A stretch of DNA of 63,880 nucleotides, counting the filler, from Reticulomyxa filosa (lineage: Eukaryota > Protista > Foraminifera), in the NCBI GenBank assembly GCA_000512085.1. It is 13 parts of 13 records of this genome, joined end to end, with 100 filler letters (N's around TTAATTAATTAA, not from the genome) between each part and the next. Parts side by side here need not be neighbours in the genome. Positions count along the whole stretch, not along the records: positions 52,056 to 54,600 come from ASPP01001064.1; positions 54,701 to 56,882 come from ASPP01029196.1; positions 56,983 to 58,195 come from ASPP01019893.1; positions 58,296 to 60,388 come from ASPP01020319.1; positions 60,489 to 61,488 come from ASPP01038692.1; positions 61,589 to 63,880 come from ASPP01020038.1; 7 more parts are not named here. The stretch is one strand, 5' to 3'. The position numbers and the translations under genes are program-made. Each line of letters begins with the position of its first letter. Within the stretch, counting starts at the first letter, position 1. The notes below the pieces were generated by a model. It saw only the letters and a program-made list of their open reading frames with translations. It was not told the DNA's origin and did not search any database. Shown one piece after another: positions 51,956 to 63,880 of the stretch.

Positions 51956-54900
51956 NNNNNNNNNNNNNNNNNNNNNNNNNNNNNNNNNNNNNNNNNNNNT
52001 TAATTAATTAANNNNNNNNNNNNNNNNNNNNNNNNNNNNNNNNNNNNNNNNNNNNATGTTAATATCGATGTAAAATGGTGGATCAAGTCATCTGTCGAAC
52101 ATTTATAAGTGTTTTTTCAAATTAAAGTAAATTGAAAAAAATAGGCTTTATTGTTGTTATGTCTTAATATTTTACAAAATGCTTATTTCTCATTACAAAG
52201 TTTATATTTATTAAATAAAACAATTTTTTATTGACCTTCGTGGGCTTGAAAATAAAAAAATGTGTAAATATCAAGCAAAGTAATTGGATTGCTGATTAAG
52301 TTTTTTTCCTTATAAAAAAAATCATTTGTAAAAGTTTTTTTTTTTTGGCGATCTGTCAATGCATTGTGCATAAAAGTTTTGTTTGAAGGTTATTCATGAA
52401 TTCAATGAACACTTAGCGTCTTGTTTTTTAATTTTAAAATATTTTTTTCCTTGTTTATCCTCCGCGCACGTGTGTGTGGATAGCATAATGATCTTTTGCT
52501 CATCAAATAAATTGTGAAAAAGTTTCAATTAATTTCTTTTTAAAAGAAAAAAACAATTCTTCAACGTACTGTATAGTGTGAACTTCATGTCAAGTATATA
52601 CAGTGATAAAGACACTTTTAGGAAATCCCCAAAGCTGTGAGAAACTACAAGGATGCGAAGAATGCTTTCTTCCCCCTTAAAATGATCGCTGTTCGAACTA
52701 TGCATCCTTTCCCAAAAATTCAACGAACTTTTTTTTATCTTTTGTTATAATTTCAGCAATATTTTTAATAAATGAAATATTGATGAAAAAATATTAAAAA
52801 AATATTTGATTCTTCTGGTAATAAACTCATTAATTTGTTTTTCAAACACATTCAGCATATTTAAAAGGTATGAAAATTGATATCTGCAACTTGAATAAGT
52901 TAAATATTGAGAAAGATTATTTAACTGCTTTTGTAATAATGTCAAAATGATGAAAATAAATTAGTCAATTCATTTTAGCCAATTTAATATTATAAAATTT
53001 TGAGTGTTTATCAAAGAATTGTTCTGTTTTTGTCATTAGTGTAATTGTGCAGTTGTTTGTAAATCTCCTAAGGAAGTGTTTCTGCGCAGCAATGTAATGT
53101 AATTGAATCGATTCAGATATTGCAAATATTTGAAACTAATAAACAAAAATAATTTAATGCAAAAAAAAAACACAAATGTTTCTAGAGAATAATAACTTCA
53201 AACATCTAAACTGTAATTAGTCTTTGTTATAAGTTTGTTTTTCAACCTGAAGTTATTCAAAATGTAATGGGGAAACAAAAAGAAAGGTATGGATCAAGAA
53301 AAAAACTTATATTCATTTCACGTTGACTTTTTGTTGGCAGTTAAAACTTTTTTTTGTAATTTGATTTACATGACTAAAATAAAACATTTCTCTTTAAGAA
53401 AACTGGTTACAAAGTAAAAACAATTCGACGTCAATGTTGATTGTTTTATCAAACAAAAATTCACTTTAAAATTCCAAATAAAAAAAAAGATCTTAAAAAC
53501 ATTTAAGTTCGAGAATTGAACCTTTGCATTTATTAGCCAACACGTTTCATAAAAATTAGTTCAACGCATTTTCGCAATATCATTCTCAAATTTTGCTATC
53601 ATATCAAGCAAAAACACACAAATATTTCAGAAATAATACTCATAAAAAAAAATTTACAACAAAAAATGTCAATTCAGTACTAATCAAACAATCCATCACC
53701 AATCTCAGTCTGGGGCGACTTTTTTCATCAAAAAAAATAAACAATTATTTGGTGTTACATACCTCTATCACAAGACACTTTGTGTCAGCCAAATTTTTCA
53801 TTCACAAAAGTGCAACAAATACACTTTGGTTTTATCCCTAAAACATTTTTTCTTCAAGTGATGGGCAAAAAGATCTGATTCTCCCCTTATATCAAATTGA
53901 TAACAAACTTTTTATCCTTTTTTAACTTAAAAAAACTCAGGTGAGTTCAATTATTTTAGCAGTAAAAATTATTTATACAAAATGACCATTTTGTCAAGTG
54001 ACAGAAAGCAATCAAAGCATCATATAAAAGAGGCTTATTTTCCATTGTTTTTCTTCAAATGCATTTGTATACATTCTTTTCCTACCCAATAAACTTGTTC
54101 TGCATTTTCATGTTTATTACACTGTAATTCCACTGCAACTTCACCGCATTATTTGCAATTTGATTACAAAGACAACATCCCTTATATAGAAATAGCATTG
54201 ATAGATTTACTCCTTTGTCAAAATAGGGCAAAAAGATCCATGTTGATAATTACATTTCGCGATATTCTAAATATTAAACCTCGCAAATATTAATCTATTA
54301 TCACAATGCACAACCAAATGGAACAAAAGAGTTTTGCATAACATTCAAATATTACTTTTAAATTATTAATGGCAAAACCCCTCTTGCAATAAATAAATTA
54401 CAACTTCTAAACAAAAAAATGTGTTATGCATGTGTCCATTTTTGGTACAGGGTATTTATTTAAATGTACTTTATGTCAATTAAAGAATGTTATTATAAAC
54501 AATATATTGAAAGACATACTCCATTAAAATTTTACATTGATTGAAAATATATTTTCTACAGTATGTTGCAAAGAAAACTGAACGCATAAAACGATATCAT
54601 NNNNNNNNNNNNNNNNNNNNNNNNNNNNNNNNNNNNNNNNNNNNTTAATTAATTAANNNNNNNNNNNNNNNNNNNNNNNNNNNNNNNNNNNNNNNNNNNN
54701 CTAGTGGTCATTTTTTGATCCGTGTCATTCATTCATTTTTGTTTTGTTTCCAGTGTGTGTAACAACGATTTCTTTTCTTAGCTGCTCAATGCAGGCATTA
54801 TGCATATCTGTGTATCAATTTTGTTGTTCCTATTTTGGATTGATTTGTATGTGTGTGTGGTGTGTTTTTTTTTGGTTGTGATAAAAATAACAAAGAAGGA

Positions 54901-56204
54901 GAAAAAACAAATAAATAAACAAACATCAAACATATTTAGCATTGCTTACTTTTTTTCATGGTGGTATGCTTTTACCTCAGATGTAAATGTGTTCCTTTTT
55001 TTTATCATTTGAATTGCTCACAAATTCGATTTGTTTAAACTCTGCCTTCTTCTCAAATCTTAATATCTCTTTCATAACGGAAAAAATTTCTGCACTATGG
55101 TTGTAATTTGAAAAATTAGATTGCAAAGAAAATAAACAAAAATATTTAGTACAATCTTAATTTTCAAAAGATATTTTCGTATCATAATTTTTTTGTAAAG
55201 AAATAAAAAAAATTATATTATATCCAGTCGCAGGATCGCTAATCCCGGTCCAAGGCGCACACCAATGCTCAATTAGTATCGTATACCTTCGCATACGATT
55301 CACCATTCCCAGCCAGAAAAGTCTTTCTGCGTCTGATATCATAATATAATTAGTACTTTACTGTGTACATCAGCTATGTTGACCTTTATATAATGATTGA
55401 TCTATATAGTTGATTTAAATTTTGTATCAAACTTTTTTTGCAGGGAAAATGTTGTTTATCTTCAAAGTAAAATCTTCTTGTTGAACCTGCTAAACTTTAT
55501 ACAATCATTCGACCCAAACAACGTTCTCAATCTTGGTGCTCCTGGTGATAGTGCTTGTGAGCGTCCATATGTGTATAAGGCCTTCAGGAGTTGAACAACA
55601 AGTATGGCCATCGAATCAAATTACAAGATCGATTGCGATTGTTTACAGCTGCTGCTGTTTTTAGCTTTGAAGAAGTGGACTCAAAATGGAGAGTTACAAG
55701 GAAAAGCAAACACAACACCAAAAAGCACAAGCACGAGTGCAGAGCAAAATTTACGAATAAGAAAGTGTCTGTAAGATCAATAATTTTTGTTGAAGAAAGC
55801 AATTTCAACAATGTTTGGTTGATCGAGCATGAACATAGTTCAATAAAAAAATGAGAAAAAGACAAATTTTTACAAGGCAGCCAAAATTTTTCCTCAAAAT
55901 GTCATAAGATGTCATCAGTACATTTGGATCAATGCCAAATGATCAAACGTTGCTTTGTTACCTCTACAAAGCATGTATAGCGGACAAAAATAAGTGAGTA
56001 GTAAACAAAAAGTTGACAAGCAAAGACATAGACATGGCAGACTTTATCAAGAAAAGGATATTTTATACACGAGAATTGATTTAGGTATAATTGTTTATTT
56101 TCTCAGTGAATTTGAAAAAAAATTCCTTAATTCACAACTTTTCATTTGTTCTATGTGACCAAGCATTCAACATTTAATAATAAAAAAAGTTTATAAAAAT
56201 TTTA

Positions 56205-56882
56205 CTACTTGAATGATGCCATCGTATTGTTGAAAGGATGTTTCGGACCGTTTTTGAAATAATTTTGCAACGGCTCCAATGCTTTAAAGGCTTTGTAAAA
56301 GCGTGTTAATTCTGGGAATTTTTCATACACCTCACCACACAATTTCGAAGTTTGCTCAATGAATTCAAACAATAAGAAATCTGCATAGCATAAATCTTTT
56401 CCGCCCAACCTTTTAAATCAAAACAAACATACGATATTTTTTTTAATAATAATAAAAAAAAAAAACATACCATTTTCTTGGGGTACGGTCACCCTTTAAC
56501 CATTTTTCCAAGGGACGAACCAAATCTGGCAATTGTTGAATAAATCCAGTTTTCTGCGATTCAAAGTTTGGTGAATAGCACAATCTTCCCCATTGACCAA
56601 ACAAATCTTTGAATATATCACCAATCATTTCTTCATATGCTCTGCCTTGGCTGTCACTGCTTCCAATCTTTAATTCACGTCCCAAATATCTAGTTACAAG
56701 TTTATGTAGTTTATGTTGTTTGTCAAATGAGTGTGCTTAAAAAAAAAGTAACACAAACACTCAAACCTATAAATAGCATGGGACTCGGTAATTCGCAGAT
56801 CATTACTGTGATCGATCAAATAAGGGAGATTTGGAAATTCCAAACCAAGTTTAAATTTAACATCCAACCATTTCGAACGATC
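56205..56882 (-). CDS. GST: Glutathione S-transferase, mu-like (5'-truncated)
   Basis: [31 protein letters not shown]|[14 protein letters not shown] and [10 protein letters not shown]. Confidence 0.92.
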
Positions 56883-56982
56883 NNNNNNNNNNNNNNNNNN
56901 NNNNNNNNNNNNNNNNNNNNNNNNNNTTAATTAATTAANNNNNNNNNNNNNNNNNNNNNNNNNNNNNNNNNNNNNNNNNNNN

Positions 56983-57015
<33 letters not shown>

Positions 57016-57958
57016 GTAATAATGATTATAACAGTATCAACACAAATAAACATACAATTATGTATGCAAAAATTGATACGCAATCATAACAACAATAGTC
57101 ATGACAGTTTATTGTTTCAGCAGCGCAAGAAAAAGATGCCGAAAAAAATACTCGGAAAAAAAAATGGCTGCTATGGCGTCATGAATAGTAGTGTGAATGC
57201 GAATGGCAACAGTAATAATAATAGTAATAGCAGCAGTAGTAACAGTGGTGGTAGTGGTCATAGGTACGATGACTCTCGCCCAATCGATACGGGAAACATC
57301 ACTTGCGACAATGACAGAAACATTAATATCAATGTAAATGTAACTGCAAATGCAACATGCAAATGCAACATGCAGCCACTGCCGCTACTGCAAATGCCAA
57401 TGTATTGTTGGCAACTATGTCTGTGCTTACGATACCCGCCAATTTAATGGGCATGACTTTGGTAAAACAGATCAACACCTTTGATTCCAATGGTATTACA
57501 AATTCCAATCTCAACATCTCTCATAGTCACATGATTCATCCATTCAACAAACACGATAATTTTGTGTATTCCATCTTCCCTATCCAAAATCAACTCAATA
57601 ACATCAATCCTGTCGCTTCCATTCACAGTATGTCCATTGGTGCATGGGTGTATGTATGTGTGCTTTTATGTTTTTGAACAGCACTCTCGGCAAAACTGAT
57701 CTTTCCTTCCTCCTCTCAACATTCCACACAACACACAGATATTCCATACTTTTCGTTTTTGTATTTTTTTTACGAGATTTTCTTTGATAACTTTTTTTTT
57801 TTTTTGTTCCCTCTAGGATTGGATGAAACAGGTCGTACCTGTGACAACTTCGGCCACCCGTTTGATCCCTCCGTTCCAACAGCTTTGTCAGCTCAATCAA
57901 GCCAATGGTATCAATCCCAAACTCATCTCCCTTTGTCCCCGGCCGCATGATCAAAGAG
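56983..57958 (+). CDS. Low-complexity N/S/A-rich protein fragment
   Basis: GC-elevated open frames with apparent GT-AG introns. No domain recognised. Confidence 0.35.
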
Positions 57959-58295
57959 GTTTGTTTTGTTTTTCAACAGAAGCAAGAGAAGTAATCTCCC
58001 AACAAAAAATCTGCTATTTTAAAAACTTTTTTTTTTTTTAAAAATTAATTTTATTTGGTTTTTTTTTTTGTATTTGTTGGTGGTAACAATTTTTCAATTT
58101 ATAACAATTAAAATGTGCTTGCGAATTTTCGCCATTGTGAACGTTTCATTAGAAAGGGAAATGCAGAGGGGATGAAGAAAATGTAAACAAGCTGGNNNNN
58201 NNNNNNNNNNNNNNNNNNNNNNNNNNNNNNNNNNNNNNNTTAATTAATTAANNNNNNNNNNNNNNNNNNNNNNNNNNNNNNNNNNNNNNNNNNNN

Positions 58296-58335
<40 letters not shown>

Positions 58336-58676
58336 ATGGCGACAAAATCTTGTACAAATTGACAACAGCGAAACACGCAAGACATTCGCGCGAGTCGAAA
58401 CCCTTCGTTTCCACAAGGCTTGGAAGATGAGTCAATCGACAACCGAGATCGAAACGAGTCGATGGCGTCGCGAATGAAACAAGACAATCAGTCTCAAGGT
58501 CATCCAAGGACAAACGTCCCATATAATCCTCACGGATACAGCCCACAGTCCAAGCACAAGCACAAGCACAAGCACAGTTTTCTTTTCATGAGACAACACA
58601 TTCCCAAGAACGTGCTCATTTGCAAATCCCATCGCATCAACACTCTCAAGGCGGTGCAGTAAAGCTGCAGGGCCAA

Positions 58677-58709
<33 letters not shown>

Positions 58710-59360
58710 CCACTTCCATCCTCTCCATCTCAATCCCAGGGTCAGCCTCAGATGCAGGGTCAAGGCCAAGCGCAACGCCAGCCCCAAAGTGGTGCGTCGA
58801 CCGCCAAAGACAGCAGCGGCAAGCCAGGCAAATACCGTATCGAGTGGGGACGTTCCAACCAGCAAGATACACTTGCAACTTCTTCTTCGTTGTCACAGCC
58901 AAAGCAAGAACTACCTACCACTACTACTACTACCACCACCGCTACCAATGCCGCCATGTTTTCTAATGATCCCTCTTTCTCCACTCCACTATTTCAGACC
59001 GGTCCTATCACTTCGCAACCCTTTGGAAATGTAGCCATGCATTCTCAACACTCAGCCAGAATTCCTGTAGTTTGTTACTTTTCTATATTTCCTTATTACG
59101 TATATGTACATATATGTATATGCATATGTATATTTTTGTCATAGTCGTATCAATCAACACCTGCTGAAGCTCAATATACACACCTCATTTCGGATCATTC
59201 TGCGATTCCATACGATGGCTCGCAAGGTACTCCTGACTATCATGTCATAAATACGGTCCCGATTTCTTCATTTCTGCAAACCGCTTCCCATCCCACCGTA
59301 CAATCGACCATGCGCGCTTATCCTGAACACAATATCCCTAATGTGCAAAACCAAAGTAAT
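58336..59360 (+). CDS. Q/G/S/T-rich low-complexity protein fragment
   Basis: (CAAGCA)n and (CAAGGT)n hexamer repeats encoding QA/QG, a poly-Thr tract, and intron-like TA-rich breaks. Confidence 0.45.
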
Positions 59361-61588
59361 GTACTCTTCTTTTCTGTCTTTGCTTCTCTGGCACATCTCC
59401 TCTTTGTTGTTTGTATAGACATAAGGCAACGTGACCCGCAATGGTGATTTTTAATATACGCTGTCCTTGTTTGTTTTTTTGGTTAAAATTGAAGTTTTGT
59501 GGCTTTTGCTTTTTTTTGAATATCCTTTGTTTTATGGAATTGGGCCTTTAAAGGTTTGGCTTTGTAGGTTTGCTTTTATCTCATAAAAGTAACAACAACA
59601 AAAAAAAAGAAAAATCACTTTTAATATCTTTCTTTAGAGCACTGACATGTGTTTATTGTCTGTTTTGTGTTTTGTCCACTTGATTCACACCTTAAAAATG
59701 TTTCAATGGCTATAGTTTTTTCAAAACACAAAATCTAATATATGCAAAAAAAAAGACAATTTTAGCATTTCACTGAATTTAATTAAATCTAGCTATTTTT
59801 GCAAGCAAACAAATATAAACATGATAATCAATATATTTTTTGATAATTTTCATTTAAAAATTACAATAAAAGAACAAATGTAAAATAAAATGTTTATGTT
59901 ATCTCAAAATAAACTTTTTGATATTGCAAATGCATAAACATCATTTAAAATCTGTAAATATGATTTTTTTAAAAAAATTTACCACATTTGTCATTAATAT
60001 TAACTTTTCTTAAAAAGTTGTATTTTGAAAGAGATTGCGGTTGGAAGTGTCAAGATACTTCGGCATCTCTTAAGTTTTGAATGAGATTATAAAGTATTTC
60101 AAACGTCGTCTAGTCCAAGAAGAAAATTCTACTATAAAATTTTTAACAGTAAAAATTTTTTTATAATAGTTCGATTTTGTGATATTGTGGCTGGAGTGTG
60201 ACTTTAAACTATTTTGTCATCTTTGGCAACGTCTTTTGTTACAATTCATTTTTGAGGATTGTGTCGGTTCAGCGTCTAGTATGGTGTGATTGTAATAGGT
60301 GGAAGTGATTTTAAACTTCAGCATATCTTGTCATCAGTTACTTTAAGTGTAACGAGGTGCAAATTCCTGGTAACTGAAATGGTATCGANNNNNNNNNNNN
60401 NNNNNNNNNNNNNNNNNNNNNNNNNNNNNNNNTTAATTAATTAANNNNNNNNNNNNNNNNNNNNNNNNNNNNNNNNNNNNNNNNNNNNTTGGTCCCTGTT
60501 GACTTGTGAGAAAATATGAAAACACTTTCTCGTGGCTGCAAATGAAGTTTTGAGCTTTTTTTTGTTGTTATTCGACTCGACGTCAGTTAATTTATGAAAT
60601 TTGACGGAAAAAAATGTTATTGTGACATGTTCACACAACATATGACAATCTTTTGCGCAAACAACTGTTGTGTGATTTATTTTAATAGCAACGAGCCCAA
60701 AATAATTGTAATCCTTCACCAAGAATTTTTTTTTAATGAATAAGCATTGTTTTTCTCTTTGTTGCGTAAAATCGGAATAAATTATTGTTATTTTTTTCAT
60801 TACATTTAAACAACCACTACATTTGTTTGAATGGTGCCAATTGTGATCACTTAATGGCAATCACTACAAATAAAAACTTTTTTCCAAAAGCTCGCTCAAA
60901 AAAGGGGTAGTTCCTTTTTTTAATTTTTTTTATCTTTCATCTTTTTGTGTTGTCTGTTTTGGAAGACAAGCAGCTGATGTTTGAATTGTTTTGTGTCAAT
61001 GTCCCTCAAAATTTAATTGCATGTTTGTTTGCGTGCTAGCAGTTTATTTGTCAAAAAGTATAAAGACCAAGCCTTGAAGTTTCTGTGCAGCAAAACGTCA
61101 GAAATACTATATATACGAAAAAATTTTATTTTTAGAAAATAAAAAATTGACCGATGTAATTCTGGGTCTGTTAACCGTGCTCTTGTGTGGAAAAAACCTT
61201 ATTAAGCTTGATCAAAAAAAATTTTTCTGTGTCAAAACGTTTGAAGATGGCGAAGTGATTTTGTAATAATGCTCTTGTGATGAGTTATTATTGCAAAAAA
61301 AAGAAGGGACGTATAAAAATTTTACTAGTTATTACAAATCCTTCTTTCCCCCTCTCCCCCTTTTTCAAATCAATCAAAATTGCATTATGAGTGCATATCA
61401 AAAAAAATTTGTCCATTTGTGCTTTTTTTTGGGCTGGTTTGCGACACGTCATAACAAAAAGTATCTTTCTAATCATGCTATCGAATGANNNNNNNNNNNN
61501 NNNNNNNNNNNNNNNNNNNNNNNNNNNNNNNNTTAATTAATTAANNNNNNNNNNNNNNNNNNNNNNNNNNNNNNNNNNNNNNNNNNNN

Positions 61589-62469
61589 AAAAACAAAAAG
61601 TAACTCAACTCTTCAAAGAATTGAAGTTTTTTGTATCATCCTATCTTTGCTATGACTGTGACTAACCACAGCAAATGTTGCTGCAATGGGCTCAAAACAT
61701 ATTTCAATATTATGCATTCCACACTTTTGTCCACATTCTCTCATTGTTTCTGTATTCTAATTGTTTCATTTTTATTTGTTTTGTTTTATGAAACACTAAG
61801 AAAATGGAGAGACACAAGTGACTCCACTCCTTTTTTTAAATAAAAAATATTAACTTCGTCATCCCAAAGCGCAGGGACAGTCAATACATACAATACTTTC
61901 TTTGGATCAAGAGGTCGATATGCCTCTCCAAACATATCTTTTCGGGTCATTTCCACTTGTGTTAATGCTGTTTCTTTGATGGCATTCAGCAGCATCACAA
62001 ACAATTCCATCACTGGCATTTCATGTGTTCCACTGCTATCTTTTATCTTCATCGATCGAAATTTAGCGTCTTTGGTCAATACAGAAGGTTTGAAGTTTGC
62101 GTAATATGCAAATTTGCTCCGCTCCTCCGGCTATATTTATAGTTGAAATGTGTTTAAAAAAAAGGAAAAGAGTGGCTCCACTTTTTTATCGTGTTTATAG
62201 TAGTTTGTTGAAAACGAAACTTTTGTTTGAAAATATTTGCTCTCTGCCTTGTAACCCCAACATACGACTGACTTTGTTTCGCGTTCCAAAAGTAGAGCCG
62301 ATAAATTTTTACTCTTGGCGTACTGAGCCATTTCCTCACAACCTCCAGTGTGTCGAATTAAATCCACTCTAGGAATAACTCCGGGCATTGTATGCTCACA
62401 TGCTGCTGCAGCAGAGCCAAACGAGCCAAAATCAATCCCGACCACTTGATCGAATAGTCCATCAGACAT
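61589..62469 (-). CDS. Paralog of HSPA12-like gene A (5' exons; truncated by spacer)
   Basis: MSDGLFDQVVGIDFGSFGSAA, LTVPALWDDE|NTETMREC and FEPIAA. Same intron positions as 11023-13432; exon 1 is 66/83 identical by manual count. Confidence 0.9.
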
Positions 62470-62817
62470 GGTACCAACAAAGACTAGTTAGAGCAACCAA
62501 AAAAAGGTCTTAGTTAAAAAGGTAACTAGTAGTTAGGTTTGTTTTTTTGGATTGTTAAATATACAAATTTTTTTATAAACAAATTTGCAATAAGGTGCTG
62601 TACTTATTTTAAACGAAATGATAGAAAAGCAGACTTAAAACATCAAAGTTTTTAGCAGCACAAGTACAATACTTTTTAAGCACTGGAAAAGTACATCACT
62701 TTCAATCTCTTTCTTTGTGTTGTTTGACGAGGGTCAATACTTTGGGTTGCCCCCTTTTTTTTTTCTGTATCTTCTTTTTGTTGCTGTGTGTATCACCGAA
62801 AATTGTGAAAAACAGAA

Positions 62818-63880
62818 ATGATTGTTGATTTGTGCTTTGTAATGGACTGTACAGGCAAGAAAAAGACATGTTCACTAATTGGAAAAAACAGAGGGAGAAA
62901 TTTGTCACGTTGTGGTTGTTGTATAGGCTCAATGTCCAGCTGGATAACCAAATGCAAGGATGATATCCAAAACATTGTAGCCAAAATATTAACCGAATAC
63001 TCTTTTGTTAAAATTAGAGTGGCATGTGTTGGATACAGGTACATTTCTTCTTTGTTTTCAATGAAAATAATACAACAACAATAAAAAAACTCACTCCAGA
63101 GATTATGGTGATACTCCTGAATTTGAAATATTGGATTTTACTGAAGATGTTGACGCATTTAAAGCCTTTATGGGAAGGCTAAAAGCAAGTGGAGGTGCTG
63201 ACGAATGTGAAGATGTGATAGGTGGATTAGAAAAGTGTGCAGAGCTTGCATGGTCATCGCCCATCAAAGTATTATTCCACATTGTTAAGTCCTTGTTTCA
63301 TTTTAAAAGAGTAGCACAAAAGTAGCTCCAAAAAAAAAAAAGACACATAACAAACTTTTAACGAAGAAAAAAATATAAAAATAGGGAGACGCTCCACCGC
63401 ACAATCGCATGTATCACGATGGAGCCGGAGACAGTTATCCAGACGACACAAAACGAGATCATAACGTAGTGTTAAGAGCACTCCAAAAAAAAGGGAATAT
63501 GAGATATTACATTGCAAAATTGAATAATAGCTTAAACAAAGTTTGGTACTGTGTGAAGTGGAGGGAGAAAAAGAGACATTATTTTTGCATTTGAGTATAT
63601 CAAAAAAAAACAAAAAAAAAAACAGATGATTCGAGTGTTTAAAGCAACTGGCTACGAAATGAATCTAATAGTAGAGGAGCATGAAATGCCTGATGTTATG
63701 CACTTATTTGAAAGTGTGGTACGATCTGTAACAGATGCGATTCGAGCGATCAGAGTCTCCAAAAACAAAAAGTTTATGCGTTGTTCTGTTTCTTGGAGTT
63801 ACATCATTTTACATTTTGCTTTCAACTCATACAAAAAAAAAAAAAAACTTGGACATAGACGAGTGGCATCACATCGTGGT
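62818..63880 (+). CDS. Paralog of vWA-Hsp70 gene B (vWA exons; runs off the window)
   Basis: MIVDLCFVMDCTG|SMSSWITKCKDDIQ...GGADECEDVIGGLEKC...GDAPPHNRMYHDGAGDSYPDD, with identical intron positions. The first intron has a GC donor. Confidence 0.9.

Noticed and set aside
52056-54600. Long AT-rich contig as a possible transposon or RNA gene
   Set aside because: No transposase or RT motifs, terminal inverted repeats, or tRNA/rRNA signatures were detected by eye.
55157-55865. Short ORFs downstream of the GST gene
   Set aside because: No recognisable motif, and no consistent spliced model could be built.

Overview
AT-rich eukaryotic (protist) DNA with many short introns. It consists of 13 contigs joined by 12 artificial 100-nt spacers (N44-TTAATTAATTAA-N44). 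The gene families (kelch proteins with an 'IxxWIRxLxIKLGWIxxFDK' motif, NACHT-HEAT proteins, CAP-Gly proteins) and the intron style suggest a foraminiferan such as Reticulomyxa; this is inference. Recognisable ordinary genes are a mitochondrial rhodanese/MPST, a SERHL-like alpha/beta hydrolase, a PH-domain protein, a Ras GTPase, a cathepsin L-like protease, a GST, a CAP-Gly protein and a kelch protein. The most striking element is contig 9372-20375. It is a 10,578-bp unit bounded by a 426-bp direct repeat and encodes three genes: an atypical HSPA12-like Hsp70, a head-to-head vWA-Hsp70 (HSPA12-like) fusion, and a coiled-coil protein with a putative Mieap/GrpE-like C-terminal domain. A diverged second copy of the head-to-head pair lies at 61589-63880, with conserved introns and a conserved inverted motif in the spacer. 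Together these suggest an amplified, operon-like Hsp70/vWA/co-chaperone module. A frameshifted NLR-like NACHT-HEAT-ankyrin gene is also present. All gene models were derived by eye, and no database searches were run.
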